Origin: a virus
Reading direction: 5' to 3' (one strand)
Virus record (IMG/VR): IMGVR_UViG_3300025128_000015
Span: 125,595-189,594 of that record
DNA: 64,000 nucleotides
Part shown: piece after piece, positions 8,569 through 16,942 of the stretch
How the letters are laid out: each line of letters opens with the position of its first letter
Numbering within the stretch: position 1 is the stretch's first letter
The notes under the pieces: model-generated
What the model saw: the letters and a program-made list of their open reading frames with translations, nothing else
What the model was told of the DNA's origin: nothing
Databases searched by the model: none
Program-made: the position numbers and the translations under genes

Positions 8569-9003
8569 ATGAATATAATGAAAAGTATTACATTTGCAGT
8601 AATTTCCTTATGTATTATTACAACCTGCACCACTTCCGAGTGGAAGCCAACTACTTTTTATACACAAGATAATCTTCAATCAACAACATCAGTCAAGGGT
8701 GAACACATTGTGGTTATTTATACTACAAACTGGTGCCACTGGTGCAAAGTTGCTAAAAAATGGATGAGTAAACAAAATATTACATATATTGAACAAGATT
8801 TAGAAAAGCCTTCTGTCCAGAAAAAATTGAAAAATTTCGCTGATAGTATTGGCTATAAAGAAAGATTGAATTCCGTGCCTATATTTGCTATTAATAAAAA
8901 AATATATATAGGGTATAATCCTGAACAAATACTAAAGGCTATCGGCCGAAAAAAAACTAGCGTCAAATTATATACGACGTGGGAAACTCCCTTAAAACAA
9001 TAA
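8569..9003 (+). CDS. Glutaredoxin/NrdH-like redoxin with signal or lipoprotein peptide
   Basis: YTTNWCHWCKVAKKWM, SVPIFAIN, IGYNPE; hydrophobic N-terminus ending ITTC. Confidence 0.75.
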   Translation: MNIMKSITFAVISLCIITTCTTSEWKPTTFYTQDNLQSTTSVKGEHIVVIYTTNWCHWCKVAKKWMSKQNITYIEQDLEKPSVQKKLKNFADSIGYKERLNSVPIFAINKKIYIGYNPEQILKAIGRKKTSVKLYTTWETPLKQ

Positions 9004-9012
9004 AGGTTATAA

Positions 9013-9606
9013 ATGCTAATAACAATATTGATCAGTTCACTATTTGTTACCGCCACCACAGACGAATTGCAGATAAAATATTCTGAAGTGGTGCATCAGG
9101 CAATTAATAACTGTCCTGGTTTATCCGCAGACAAAGTAAACGAAAAATTAATTTGGGATTTGGCTAGGATAGAAAATAAATATAATCCTCCAGAATCACT
9201 AAGAGGAATGCTTCTGGCCGCGGCCTGCCAAGAATCAAAATATAATCCCAATGCCAAGGGTGATAGAAAGTTCAGCAAACGCCGCCGCCCCAAAGCAATT
9301 GGAATCCTACAATTCTGGCCATGGGCTAAAAAGTATATTGATAGAAAAGATCCTCACCAGTCTGCAGATTTTTGGATGAAAAGGATTGTCAAACAACTAG
9401 ATACATCTGTCAAACGAAATTGTAAATTTCGAAATAAAAGACGAAGATGGATTGCTGCATGGGTTACGGCAATCCGATATCCTAAAAAAGGCGGGAGGTG
9501 TTACGAAAAACCAAAACACTATTATCTTCTTAAGAAATGGTATCGTAACATAAAGAAACAAAATGAGTATAGGCGATCTTGTAAAAGACACACAGTCGGA
9601 AGATAA
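9013..9606 (+). CDS. Lytic transglycosylase (SLT/lysozyme-like) with signal peptide
   Basis: LLAAACQESKYNPNAKGD (catalytic Glu in ES) and AIGILQF; hydrophobic N-terminus MLITILISSLFVTA. Confidence 0.72.
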   Translation: MLITILISSLFVTATTDELQIKYSEVVHQAINNCPGLSADKVNEKLIWDLARIENKYNPPESLRGMLLAAACQESKYNPNAKGDRKFSKRRRPKAIGILQFWPWAKKYIDRKDPHQSADFWMKRIVKQLDTSVKRNCKFRNKRRRWIAAWVTAIRYPKKGGRCYEKPKHYYLLKKWYRNIKKQNEYRRSCKRHTVGR

Positions 9607-9754
9607 TTTAGGTATTATTATCGACATTCTTGAAAATAAAATCAAATCTGGTAACGTTTATAAGAGTTATATGATTCACTGGTTTAAAACTGGATTCAAA
9701 TCAACACACGGAACAACGCAACTAATTCTAATAAATAAACATTTTACTAACTAA
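9563..9754 (+). CDS. Small hypothetical protein (KOW/SH3-like start)
   Basis: MSIGDLVK...LGIIIDI pattern; fills the gap between neighbours. Confidence 0.5.
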   Translation: MSIGDLVKDTQSEDNLGIIIDILENKIKSGNVYKSYMIHWFKTGFKSTHGTTQLILINKHFTN

Positions 9755-9774
9755 AAAGACTATTTATATTTGTC

Positions 9775-12700
9775 ATGACAATGAAACATCTACTAGAAAG
9801 TTGGAGATCTTACGAGCGTAAGGTTTTGACCGAAGAAAAAGAGCCTCTCGACGAGATCTCATATAATTATGCAGAAGAGGTTGAGAACTGGCTAGCTGAT
9901 AACGGCGATCAAGTTGCTCTTCCGTTTAATGATCTATTTGACGATAAACTTCGTAAAGTTATTCCTTTAGGAAAGGCGATTGCGCCTAATTCTGAAATTG
10001 CATCTTTAATCAATTGGTTTAAAAGAAATGGCTATGAGCTTGATTTTAAAACCGGCTTGGCATCAAAAGAAGTTGAAGATCGCCAAGGAAATAAAAGATT
10101 AAAGCAGATGAAACCTGGCAAATTATTAGCTCAGGCTCAAAAATATCTCACCAAATATGATAAATTATATGGTGAAATGAATGATATTGTTGTAGGTTTA
10201 GGTTATAAAGTTGATTATCGCGAACATGAACCCTGGCAAAAGAAAAGAGCAGAAAGAATGGATCATCTAGAAAGGGCAGAGCGGGTTTTTCCTGCAATCT
10301 CTCGTGATGTGACACAGACTGTACAAAATCATATACAATTTTGGAACAAGAAGTCTCAATTCTATCGTGAAAACCCAGAAAAAGCATTTATAGAATATTC
10401 AATTATTCTTTCCCGTGCGCCAATCGATGTTTTAAGAATGTCAGATCATAAAAATATTAGGTCATGCCACTCAGAAGGAAGTGATTATTTTAAGTGCGCA
10501 AGAGCAGAAGCGCAAGGACACGGACCAATTGCATATGCTGTTGAAACAAGAGATTTAGAAGATATTGATTTAGATGACGATGAAGTATTTGAAGATCGTG
10601 AGAGGGGAATTGGTGGAATTGAACCTGTTTCTCGTGTACGATTGAGAAGATTTACATCAAGAGAAACAACTTTAGATTTAGCAGTACCAGAGCAAAGAAC
10701 TTATGGCACAAGCATTCCCGGCTTTGTAAAGAAAGTAACAGACTGGGCTAGAGAATCACAAAAACCTGTTTGGGAAGATTTCATAGATGAGAATTCTGGA
10801 AAAATAGATCCAGAGTTTCATGGTATGTTTTTTAGAACGGGTGGATCTTATACAGATACATCTTCTTCGTCCTTATTCAATAAAATGTTCGAAGATTATG
10901 GAGCAAGCTTTCATGGATCAGCTCCACACCGAGGAAGTGAAGAAGAATTTGAAGACGGTGGAGACGAATATGAACAAGACTATGAGCGATTCCACGAAGA
11001 ACTTCGAGATATAAATGTTGCAATAGATGATGCAGAATATAATGTATCTCGCTTTAGAGATGTCGGACCAACCGGTGAATCAGGATTTCAGTTTAGCGCA
11101 GAAATCGATAACGATGAATGGCAAGAAATGGGCGATGAGGTGAGCGCATATTGGAACGGCTCAATGACTTTTACATTTATAGAAGGCGAAGAAAGCTTGC
11201 CATCTCATCATAAAGAACAACAGGATATTGCTGACGAAATTCAAAAATTAATAGCGAGTGAAGTACATTTGGGCATAATGGAAACCCAAATCGACGATGT
11301 TGGAAACACCATAGAAGTAAGAGTGGAATTTGAAACGTACAACGACGGAGTATACTCCATCGCAGAACAAATTCGCTCATTTGTTGAAGATATGGAATCG
11401 ACTTCCGAAGAATACAATGATATGAAAGCCATGATATATACCCATCTTGCAAAAAGTGGTTATGTTAATCCAACTGCAGCAGCAACTTTAACTAATAAAT
11501 TAGCTGCAGGCGAACTAGAATTCAAACATTTCGAGTTAACTCACGACAACGAAGGACATTATATTACTCTTAAAGTTGACGACGAAGACGAAGCCACAGG
11601 AGTTGATTTTCCTAAGAGAGTCGACACCTACAGAGCCCCAAAAACAACTGTCGGTCCTATTAGAAATCGCTTGTTAGAATTAATGAGAGAAGGATATGGC
11701 GGAGCAAGAGGATTATCTGCAACATCTAGCAATCGATATGGATTAGTACAATCGAAACAATTCACAAGACAAGTTTTAGATCTGTTAACTCCAGAAATTG
11801 CCGCAATAGTTAAAGCCAACGCAGATCAACAGAAGCTAGACCTGCAAGAAAACAGCTCTATAACGCCTCAAGCAATAGAAGCCCACCTCTTACAAGGATT
11901 TGTCCTAAAACTGCGTGAAATACAGCGTAGAGAGCCGATGAAGGGACATGGACGAAGGAAGGATGAAGTTCCTGGTAAAACTCCAATATATGTTGACGTA
12001 GAAGAAATGCATTATTCTTTGGATGATGAAGATGAATTTGAAATAGTCGAACCTATTATTGCTTTCTTTGTTCACTTAGATAAGAATATTGACAAGTTAT
12101 TTAAGGCCATTACCGATGTACTTCAAACATTGGATGTTCAATATGGCAATAAAACAGTAGAAGGACAAAGCCAAATTAACGATATCGTACAAATGGCTGA
12201 TGACGTAGCTGAATTTGTAAAAGAAAAGACTGGTGGCGGAGTTATATATGGAGACTCCAGAGACGTCTCATCACCAAAAACTTATCGTGAAAAATTACTT
12301 CAGGGACTAAAAAGAGCAAATTACGTTCTTGCTAAATTAACATCTCCAGGAGATCAATCATATATTTCAATGTTTACAGGTATTGAAACTCAATATCCTT
12401 TAAGAATGAATGATTCAGAAAGATTCATAAAGATTATTACCATGTTGCAACGCGATCATGCCGAAATGAATATATATTGGAAAAAGTTGACACCAGAAGA
12501 TCTCGACAAGTCTTTAGAGCAAGAAGAAGAACCACATAAACCAGCAGATGATAGAGATGATGGTTGGCAACCAGGAATGCCAGTGACAGAATCGTTGGCT
12601 AATAAATTAAGAAGTTATTTGGGTGAGCAGAAAAAAATCAAATTAAAAGATGTTCCCCGCGTCAAACACATTCCAAAAGCATCGTATGGACTGCCCGTCA

Positions 12701-14712
12701 AAGGAATAGGATCTCTAATTAAAGTTCTTGGTCGAAAAACAAAACAAGATGCTCTCGCCGCCACCAACAGGATAGGTGATCTGGTTAACGCGGTGGTCGA
12801 CGAACCGCTTGAAAAAGCGATAACAGATAAAGAAAAAATTAACCCAGCCCACGACACCGGTAAAGCTGCAGCACAATTTGCTCAAAAAGCAATGACTAAG
12901 AAAGCAGCTAGTGATCGTCGTAAGAAATATAAGCATGCTCTTCCAAAAATATTTAAAGAAGAATCACTATCTGAAAAATTAACAAAGTACTTGGATGAGA
13001 ATCTTAAATTGAAAAAAAGAACACCAAGTCGACCGATCGGCTCGCCAAATCTTAAAGATATTGATAGAGCATCCAATCTTGAACGATTTGATAAACACAA
13101 TATGAAAAATTATGATGAAGAAGGATATTATATTGGACGCCCACTCACAGCCAAAGGCGCCCAGCCCTCATTCGGTGACAATATTGAAGATTTACCTTCA
13201 AAATTTACCCAAAATTTTAGCAGACTTTTGAGAAGTAAAAGTCCCAAAAGAAGAGATAAAATTACAAACTATCTGCCAGATTTTGAAATTGGTACTGGAG
13301 ACATATCCTTAGCGCCTAATTTAAAGTTTTATGCTACGGCACGCACCAATTGGGATGAAAGAAGACCAGAAGGACGTTTGAGCAAAAATATGAAATTCGT
13401 GGATGACCCCGGAGATACAAATAAAATTTATGATGATGAAGGATATCATATTGGTTATGAGGATGATGTCAAATCCCAACCACTCGTACCTAGAGCACAA
13501 CCAAAGATAAGCGGACGTCCATACGGACATTACGCCGGCGTTGGGTTAAAAGGAACGTTTGAAGAAAACAACAATCCAGAAGAATCACTATCTGAAAAAT
13601 TAACAAAGTACTTGGATGAAAATGACAAACCAGATTATCAAGCAGCTATAAAGAAAGCGAAAGAACATGAAAAATTAATTAACCCACAAAAAGTTAAAAG
13701 AGAAAAGAAAAAGAAAACTCAGACTAAAAAGGCTAGAGAAACTTATAAACGTTTGAGAAAGTATTTGGAAGAACAATCGCCAACACAAAAAAAAACTAAA
13801 GATGCAACTGGAAAGATATCTAAATCATATGATTCTGGACCAGACGCTTATCGTTGGAAAGAATTATTCAAACGCAAAGGTTTAGATCCATCAAAAGGAT
13901 CTGAGGTTTCTAAAAAAATTGGAAGTCAATTAAAAGGAGTGAAAGCTGTAGAAGCTCCAGCAACAAAAGGAGTTGATTCCGGTGTTGCCCGAGCATTCTA
14001 CGATCCGAAAAAACCTAAACAGATACAATATTTTAAAGGAGCGGATCCAAAAAAATCAACTGTTCGACATGAATTAGGACATGTAGTTTCGAAGTTGGCT
14101 TCTAAAGAGAAACCAGTATCTGATTTAGTTAGAGGAGATAAATCTGCTAAGAAACTGCGAACACAAGAACCAAAAAGATATTCCCGCGGCACTCCATCAG
14201 AACGGATAGGTACGTTAGAACCAGATGCAATGTTACCTTCTCAATTGTACGGTGGAGAAGGAGGAGAATACGAAAAGATTTTTCGATTCCAACACAGACC
14301 TGATGTTAAAATTGGTCGTAGACTCGACCGCGGCCTCGGTAAAGTTGGTTCTAGGACCCAAGCTAGAAAAGGTTATGTAGCAGACGAATTATATGCGCCA
14401 ATCAAAAACACACAATGGTCAATTCAAGATGCGGCCAAAAACAATCCGAAAAAAGGATATATGGATGGAAATCGAATCACTCCAGCTGCTGTGAGTGCTA
14501 TATGTAGCGGAGAAATCAAAGTTTCTTCTAAAGTTCGAAATAATGTTCGAGGATGTAACGAAAGAGATCCTGAAAAAAGAAAGCAAATTTTTCAAGGTGT
14601 ATCCGATGCTCTCAATAGAGTCGCGAAAGGACCACAAAAACGCCAACAAAGAAAAATGGTTGCAGAATCACTATCTGAAAAATTAACAAGGTTTTTGGAT
14701 GAAAATAACTAA
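9775..14712 (+). CDS. 1645-aa modular protein: acidic N-terminal region plus C-terminal repeat-delimited cassettes, one with HExxH
   Basis: Leader MKHLLESWRSYERKVLTE; repeats ESLANKLRSYLGE, EESLSEKLTKYLDE x2, ETYKRLRKYLEE, ESLSEKLTRFLDE; HELGH at 14068-14082. Confidence 0.8.
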   Translation: MTMKHLLESWRSYERKVLTEEKEPLDEISYNYAEEVENWLADNGDQVALPFNDLFDDKLRKVIPLGKAIAPNSEIASLINWFKRNGYELDFKTGLASKEVEDRQGNKRLKQMKPGKLLAQAQKYLTKYDKLYGEMNDIVVGLGYKVDYREHEPWQKKRAERMDHLERAERVFPAISRDVTQTVQNHIQFWNKKSQFYRENPEKAFIEYSIILSRAPIDVLRMSDHKNIRSCHSEGSDYFKCARAEAQGHGPIAYAVETRDLEDIDLDDDEVFEDRERGIGGIEPVSRVRLRRFTSRETTLDLAVPEQRTYGTSIPGFVKKVTDWARESQKPVWEDFIDENSGKIDPEFHGMFFRTGGSYTDTSSSSLFNKMFEDYGASFHGSAPHRGSEEEFEDGGDEYEQDYERFHEELRDINVAIDDAEYNVSRFRDVGPTGESGFQFSAEIDNDEWQEMGDEVSAYWNGSMTFTFIEGEESLPSHHKEQQDIADEIQKLIASEVHLGIMETQIDDVGNTIEVRVEFETYNDGVYSIAEQIRSFVEDMESTSEEYNDMKAMIYTHLAKSGYVNPTAAATLTNKLAAGELEFKHFELTHDNEGHYITLKVDDEDEATGVDFPKRVDTYRAPKTTVGPIRNRLLELMREGYGGARGLSATSSNRYGLVQSKQFTRQVLDLLTPEIAAIVKANADQQKLDLQENSSITPQAIEAHLLQGFVLKLREIQRREPMKGHGRRKDEVPGKTPIYVDVEEMHYSLDDEDEFEIVEPIIAFFVHLDKNIDKLFKAITDVLQTLDVQYGNKTVEGQSQINDIVQMADDVAEFVKEKTGGGVIYGDSRDVSSPKTYREKLLQGLKRANYVLAKLTSPGDQSYISMFTGIETQYPLRMNDSERFIKIITMLQRDHAEMNIYWKKLTPEDLDKSLEQEEEPHKPADDRDDGWQPGMPVTESLANKLRSYLGEQKKIKLKDVPRVKHIPKASYGLPVKGIGSLIKVLGRKTKQDALAATNRIGDLVNAVVDEPLEKAITDKEKINPAHDTGKAAAQFAQKAMTKKAASDRRKKYKHALPKIFKEESLSEKLTKYLDENLKLKKRTPSRPIGSPNLKDIDRASNLERFDKHNMKNYDEEGYYIGRPLTAKGAQPSFGDNIEDLPSKFTQNFSRLLRSKSPKRRDKITNYLPDFEIGTGDISLAPNLKFYATARTNWDERRPEGRLSKNMKFVDDPGDTNKIYDDEGYHIGYEDDVKSQPLVPRAQPKISGRPYGHYAGVGLKGTFEENNNPEESLSEKLTKYLDENDKPDYQAAIKKAKEHEKLINPQKVKREKKKKTQTKKARETYKRLRKYLEEQSPTQKKTKDATGKISKSYDSGPDAYRWKELFKRKGLDPSKGSEVSKKIGSQLKGVKAVEAPATKGVDSGVARAFYDPKKPKQIQYFKGADPKKSTVRHELGHVVSKLASKEKPVSDLVRGDKSAKKLRTQEPKRYSRGTPSERIGTLEPDAMLPSQLYGGEGGEYEKIFRFQHRPDVKIGRRLDRGLGKVGSRTQARKGYVADELYAPIKNTQWSIQDAAKNNPKKGYMDGNRITPAAVSAICSGEIKVSSKVRNNVRGCNERDPEKRKQIFQGVSDALNRVAKGPQKRQQRKMVAESLSEKLTRFLDENN
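12957..12998 (+). repeat. 42-bp direct repeat, copy 1
   Basis: agaagaatcactatctgaaaaattaacaaagtacttggatga, identical to 13578-13619. Confidence 0.95.
13578..13619 (+). repeat. 42-bp direct repeat, copy 2
   Basis: Identical to 12957-12998. Confidence 0.95.
14664..14706 (+). repeat. Direct repeat, copy 3, at the ORF's C-terminus
   Basis: First 26 nt (agaatcactatctgaaaaattaacaa) identical to copies 1 and 2, then ggtttttggatgaaaat versus agtacttggatgaaaat in copy 2. Confidence 0.9.
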
Positions 14713-15190
14713 TCCTCGTTTAAAGAAAGCTGTAACTTTTGTAAAAGACTATCGTGAACTATTTTATATGTATATCATATATGCGGTCGCGCTAACAATC
14801 ATATTTTCACAAACCAATTGCACACCTAGTAAATTAAAATACAAATCATTAATAAAGAACGGAAAAGTGTACGTGACCATACGAGTCACATTATACACAA
14901 CACCTGAATGTTATTATTGTGATGTGGCTAGGGATTTTCTCAAAAGAAATCAAATAAGATTTATCGAAAAGAACTTCGAAGACCCTAAAGATCTTCAAGA
15001 ATTATATAATATTGCAGATAAGATTAACTTCAATAAGAAAAATCTAGACGGAGTACCAACTTTTGTATTTGAATCAAGAGAAGGTGTTAATATTATCGTA
15101 GGATACAGTCGAGCAGAATTGTTGTGGATTTTAAAAAAGAAAGCATCATTAAAGAAAACTTTTTTAAGAAAAAAGACATTTTTTGATTGA
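14699..15190 (+). CDS. Glutaredoxin-like redoxin with N-terminal membrane/lipoprotein segment (paralogue of 8569..9003)
   Basis: LYTTPECYYCDVARDFL, GVPTFVF, VGYS; hydrophobic YMYIIYAVALTIIFSQTNC. Confidence 0.75.
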   Translation: MKITNPRLKKAVTFVKDYRELFYMYIIYAVALTIIFSQTNCTPSKLKYKSLIKNGKVYVTIRVTLYTTPECYYCDVARDFLKRNQIRFIEKNFEDPKDLQELYNIADKINFNKKNLDGVPTFVFESREGVNIIVGYSRAELLWILKKKASLKKTFLRKKTFFD

Positions 15191-15214
15191 CTTTTCTGAA
15201 AAAGTAAGTATAGT
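15187..15214 (+). promoter_or_regulatory. Sigma70-like promoter
   Basis: TTGACT (15187-15192), 16-nt spacer, TATAGT (15209-15214); ATG follows at 15221. Confidence 0.6.
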
Positions 15215-15220
15215 ATACAT

Positions 15221-15400
15221 ATGAAACTAAGCTATAAGACAAAAGATATACTTGCTAAAATTAGCTTTATAATCTTATTAATCGTTTTTGTTATAGGTGT
15301 TGGCTATTCTTATATGGAGTGTCAAACTACATTTGTAGAAACTGTGTTATCTGAGACACCAAAAAATCTAGAACAAGCAATTAAAGCAAAAACAAATTAA
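15221..15400 (+). CDS. 59-aa single-TM protein, not in ORF track
   Basis: MKLSYKTKDILAKISFIILLIVFVIGVGYSYMECQTTFVETVLSETPKNLEQAIKAKTN*. Confidence 0.6.
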   Translation: MKLSYKTKDILAKISFIILLIVFVIGVGYSYMECQTTFVETVLSETPKNLEQAIKAKTN

Positions 15401-15424
15401 ACACTTTGTCTAGTTAGAAATATA

Positions 15425-15580
15425 ATGTATGATGCAATAGAAGAATTAGTAGCAGAAAATGAACGTTTACAAAAACAAGTTGCTTATCTTAAAGACTTTA
15501 TAAAGTCATTAAAACAACAGCTTAGTGAAGCCAAATCCGATTTGGTAGTACAAAAAGCACAAGAAAGAGGAAGACCATGA
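15425..15580 (+). CDS. 51-aa coiled-coil protein, not in ORF track
   Basis: MYDAIEELVAENERLQKQVAYLKDFIKSLKQQLSEAKSDLVVQKAQERGRP*; ATGA overlap with 15577. Confidence 0.6.
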   Translation: MYDAIEELVAENERLQKQVAYLKDFIKSLKQQLSEAKSDLVVQKAQERGRP

Positions 15581-15846
15581 CAGAAAAAAACGAAGGCAGT
15601 CCGTGGACAAACGCCGGATTTTTCAACACGTATGAATTAGCAAAAGAAAAAGTAACAAAAATTCAAGAAAACAATAATTTGCAAACAAAAATTCGTAGAA
15701 GAGCAAATGGAATGTTTCTTGTAAAATATCGAAAAGATCCAGCTCTTATAAAAGAGGAGGAAGTTAAAAATGTCAAAAAAAGTGGAAAATCTCGTAAATC
15801 AAATACAATTAAACGAGAGCCTAAATTCGATGCGTCAAGTATTTGA
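15577..15846 (+). CDS. Hypothetical protein
   Basis: ORF in a coupled + strand run; SD-like GAGGA upstream. Confidence 0.55.
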   Translation: MTEKNEGSPWTNAGFFNTYELAKEKVTKIQENNNLQTKIRRRANGMFLVKYRKDPALIKEEEVKNVKKSGKSRKSNTIKREPKFDASSI

Positions 15847-15958
15847 GCGTTATCCTTATCTAGGTGAATTATATTATAAAGAATTACAAGGTGAAGATGT
15901 AGATCTCACCGAATTTAACAGACAGCTTAAAGAAAAGAAAAATCTATTATTGGGGTAA
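15770..15958 (+). CDS. Hypothetical protein
   Basis: GAGGAG SD about 10 nt upstream of ATG; overlaps the previous ORF by 77 nt. Confidence 0.5.
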   Translation: MSKKVENLVNQIQLNESLNSMRQVFERYPYLGELYYKELQGEDVDLTEFNRQLKEKKNLLLG

Positions 15959-15960
15959 AG

Positions 15961-16209
15961 ATGAGCGCAGTATCAATATTAAATGCAGTTAGACAAAGAT
16001 TTAAAGCCGAAGAATCAACGGCCGCAGCAACACTTGAATTATACGTTAATAAAGCTGCAGCAATTGCTGATCACTCTGATATAATCGGTGAAGTGGAAAA
16101 ACAGATTCGAGTATTGACAGAAGCACGCGAATGCCTAGCTGTAATTGAATCTGTGATGCCTAGCACAGCCCCACAAACGATTAATAACTCTACAGAAGGT
16201 GAAGCTTAG
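15961..16209 (+). CDS. Hypothetical helical protein
   Basis: Helical ORF (…IADHSDIIGEVEKQIRVL…) directly after the previous gene. Confidence 0.55.
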   Translation: MSAVSILNAVRQRFKAEESTAAATLELYVNKAAAIADHSDIIGEVEKQIRVLTEARECLAVIESVMPSTAPQTINNSTEGEA

Positions 16210-16942
16210 GGTCCTCGCCATTATCGCTTACAACGTCTGTTAAGAATATTTTTAGTTGTTCGTGTGTGGCTGAGAAAGAAACGTGGTGAAAGTTTCTGTG
16301 AACTGAGTGTACCATCCCAACTAACTCTCCGCTAGAATTTACTATGGGTGAACCGGAAGAGCCTGGATATACAGGAATTGTATAGAGAGCATATACTCCG
16401 TAAAATACACCCGCATATTTGCCTTCAAACAAAGGTACTACGCCAGGATTAAATACTCCTGCAGGCGCCGCAAAGTTGAAATACTTTTTGTTTTTTTCTG
16501 GAGGGCCGGAAGATAAATGAAGAACTGGTATAGATAATTTCTTTTCTTTGCCTTTTAGCAAGCAAATATCAGCTTCTGCATTCTGTTTTACAACTTCTAA
16601 GATATGTCTTTCACCACTTACATCAACTGCACTTATTTTTATTTCTGGCTTATATCCAAGCTGTATCGCTGGATTAACAACATCAGAATAATCACAAACA
16701 TGATTTGCGGTCAGAATATGAACTTGGCCTCTGTATAATACTCCCGCCCCAGATGCAACAGAACCAGCATTTAATTTTTGGTCTATACCATCGACAGAAC
16801 GAACCAGTGATATCATTACATCCATTTTTACAAAAGTGTTCTTTACTTTTGCAGGATTTGATAGTACATTGTTATGAGCACATGAACTAATGGTTAAGAT
16901 TAAAATTGTTAGTAAACAAACTTTCAATGTTTTCAAAATCAT
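16190..16942 (-). CDS. Trypsin-like serine protease, probable lipoprotein
   Basis: Catalytic triad motifs ILTANHV, ADICLL, PGSSGSP; N-terminal LLTILILTISSC lipobox-like segment. Confidence 0.85.
   Translation of the reverse strand: MILKTLKVCLLTILILTISSCAHNNVLSNPAKVKNTFVKMDVMISLVRSVDGIDQKLNAGSVASGAGVLYRGQVHILTANHVCDYSDVVNPAIQLGYKPEIKISAVDVSGERHILEVVKQNAEADICLLKGKEKKLSIPVLHLSSGPPEKNKKYFNFAAPAGVFNPGVVPLFEGKYAGVFYGVYALYTIPVYPGSSGSPIVNSSGELVGMVHSVHRNFHHVSFSATHEQLKIFLTDVVSDNGEDPKLHLL

Noticed and set aside
12957-14706. 42-bp repeats as a CRISPR array or integron attC sites
   Set aside because: Spacers are 579 and 1044 nt, in frame and protein-coding; the repeat is not palindromic.
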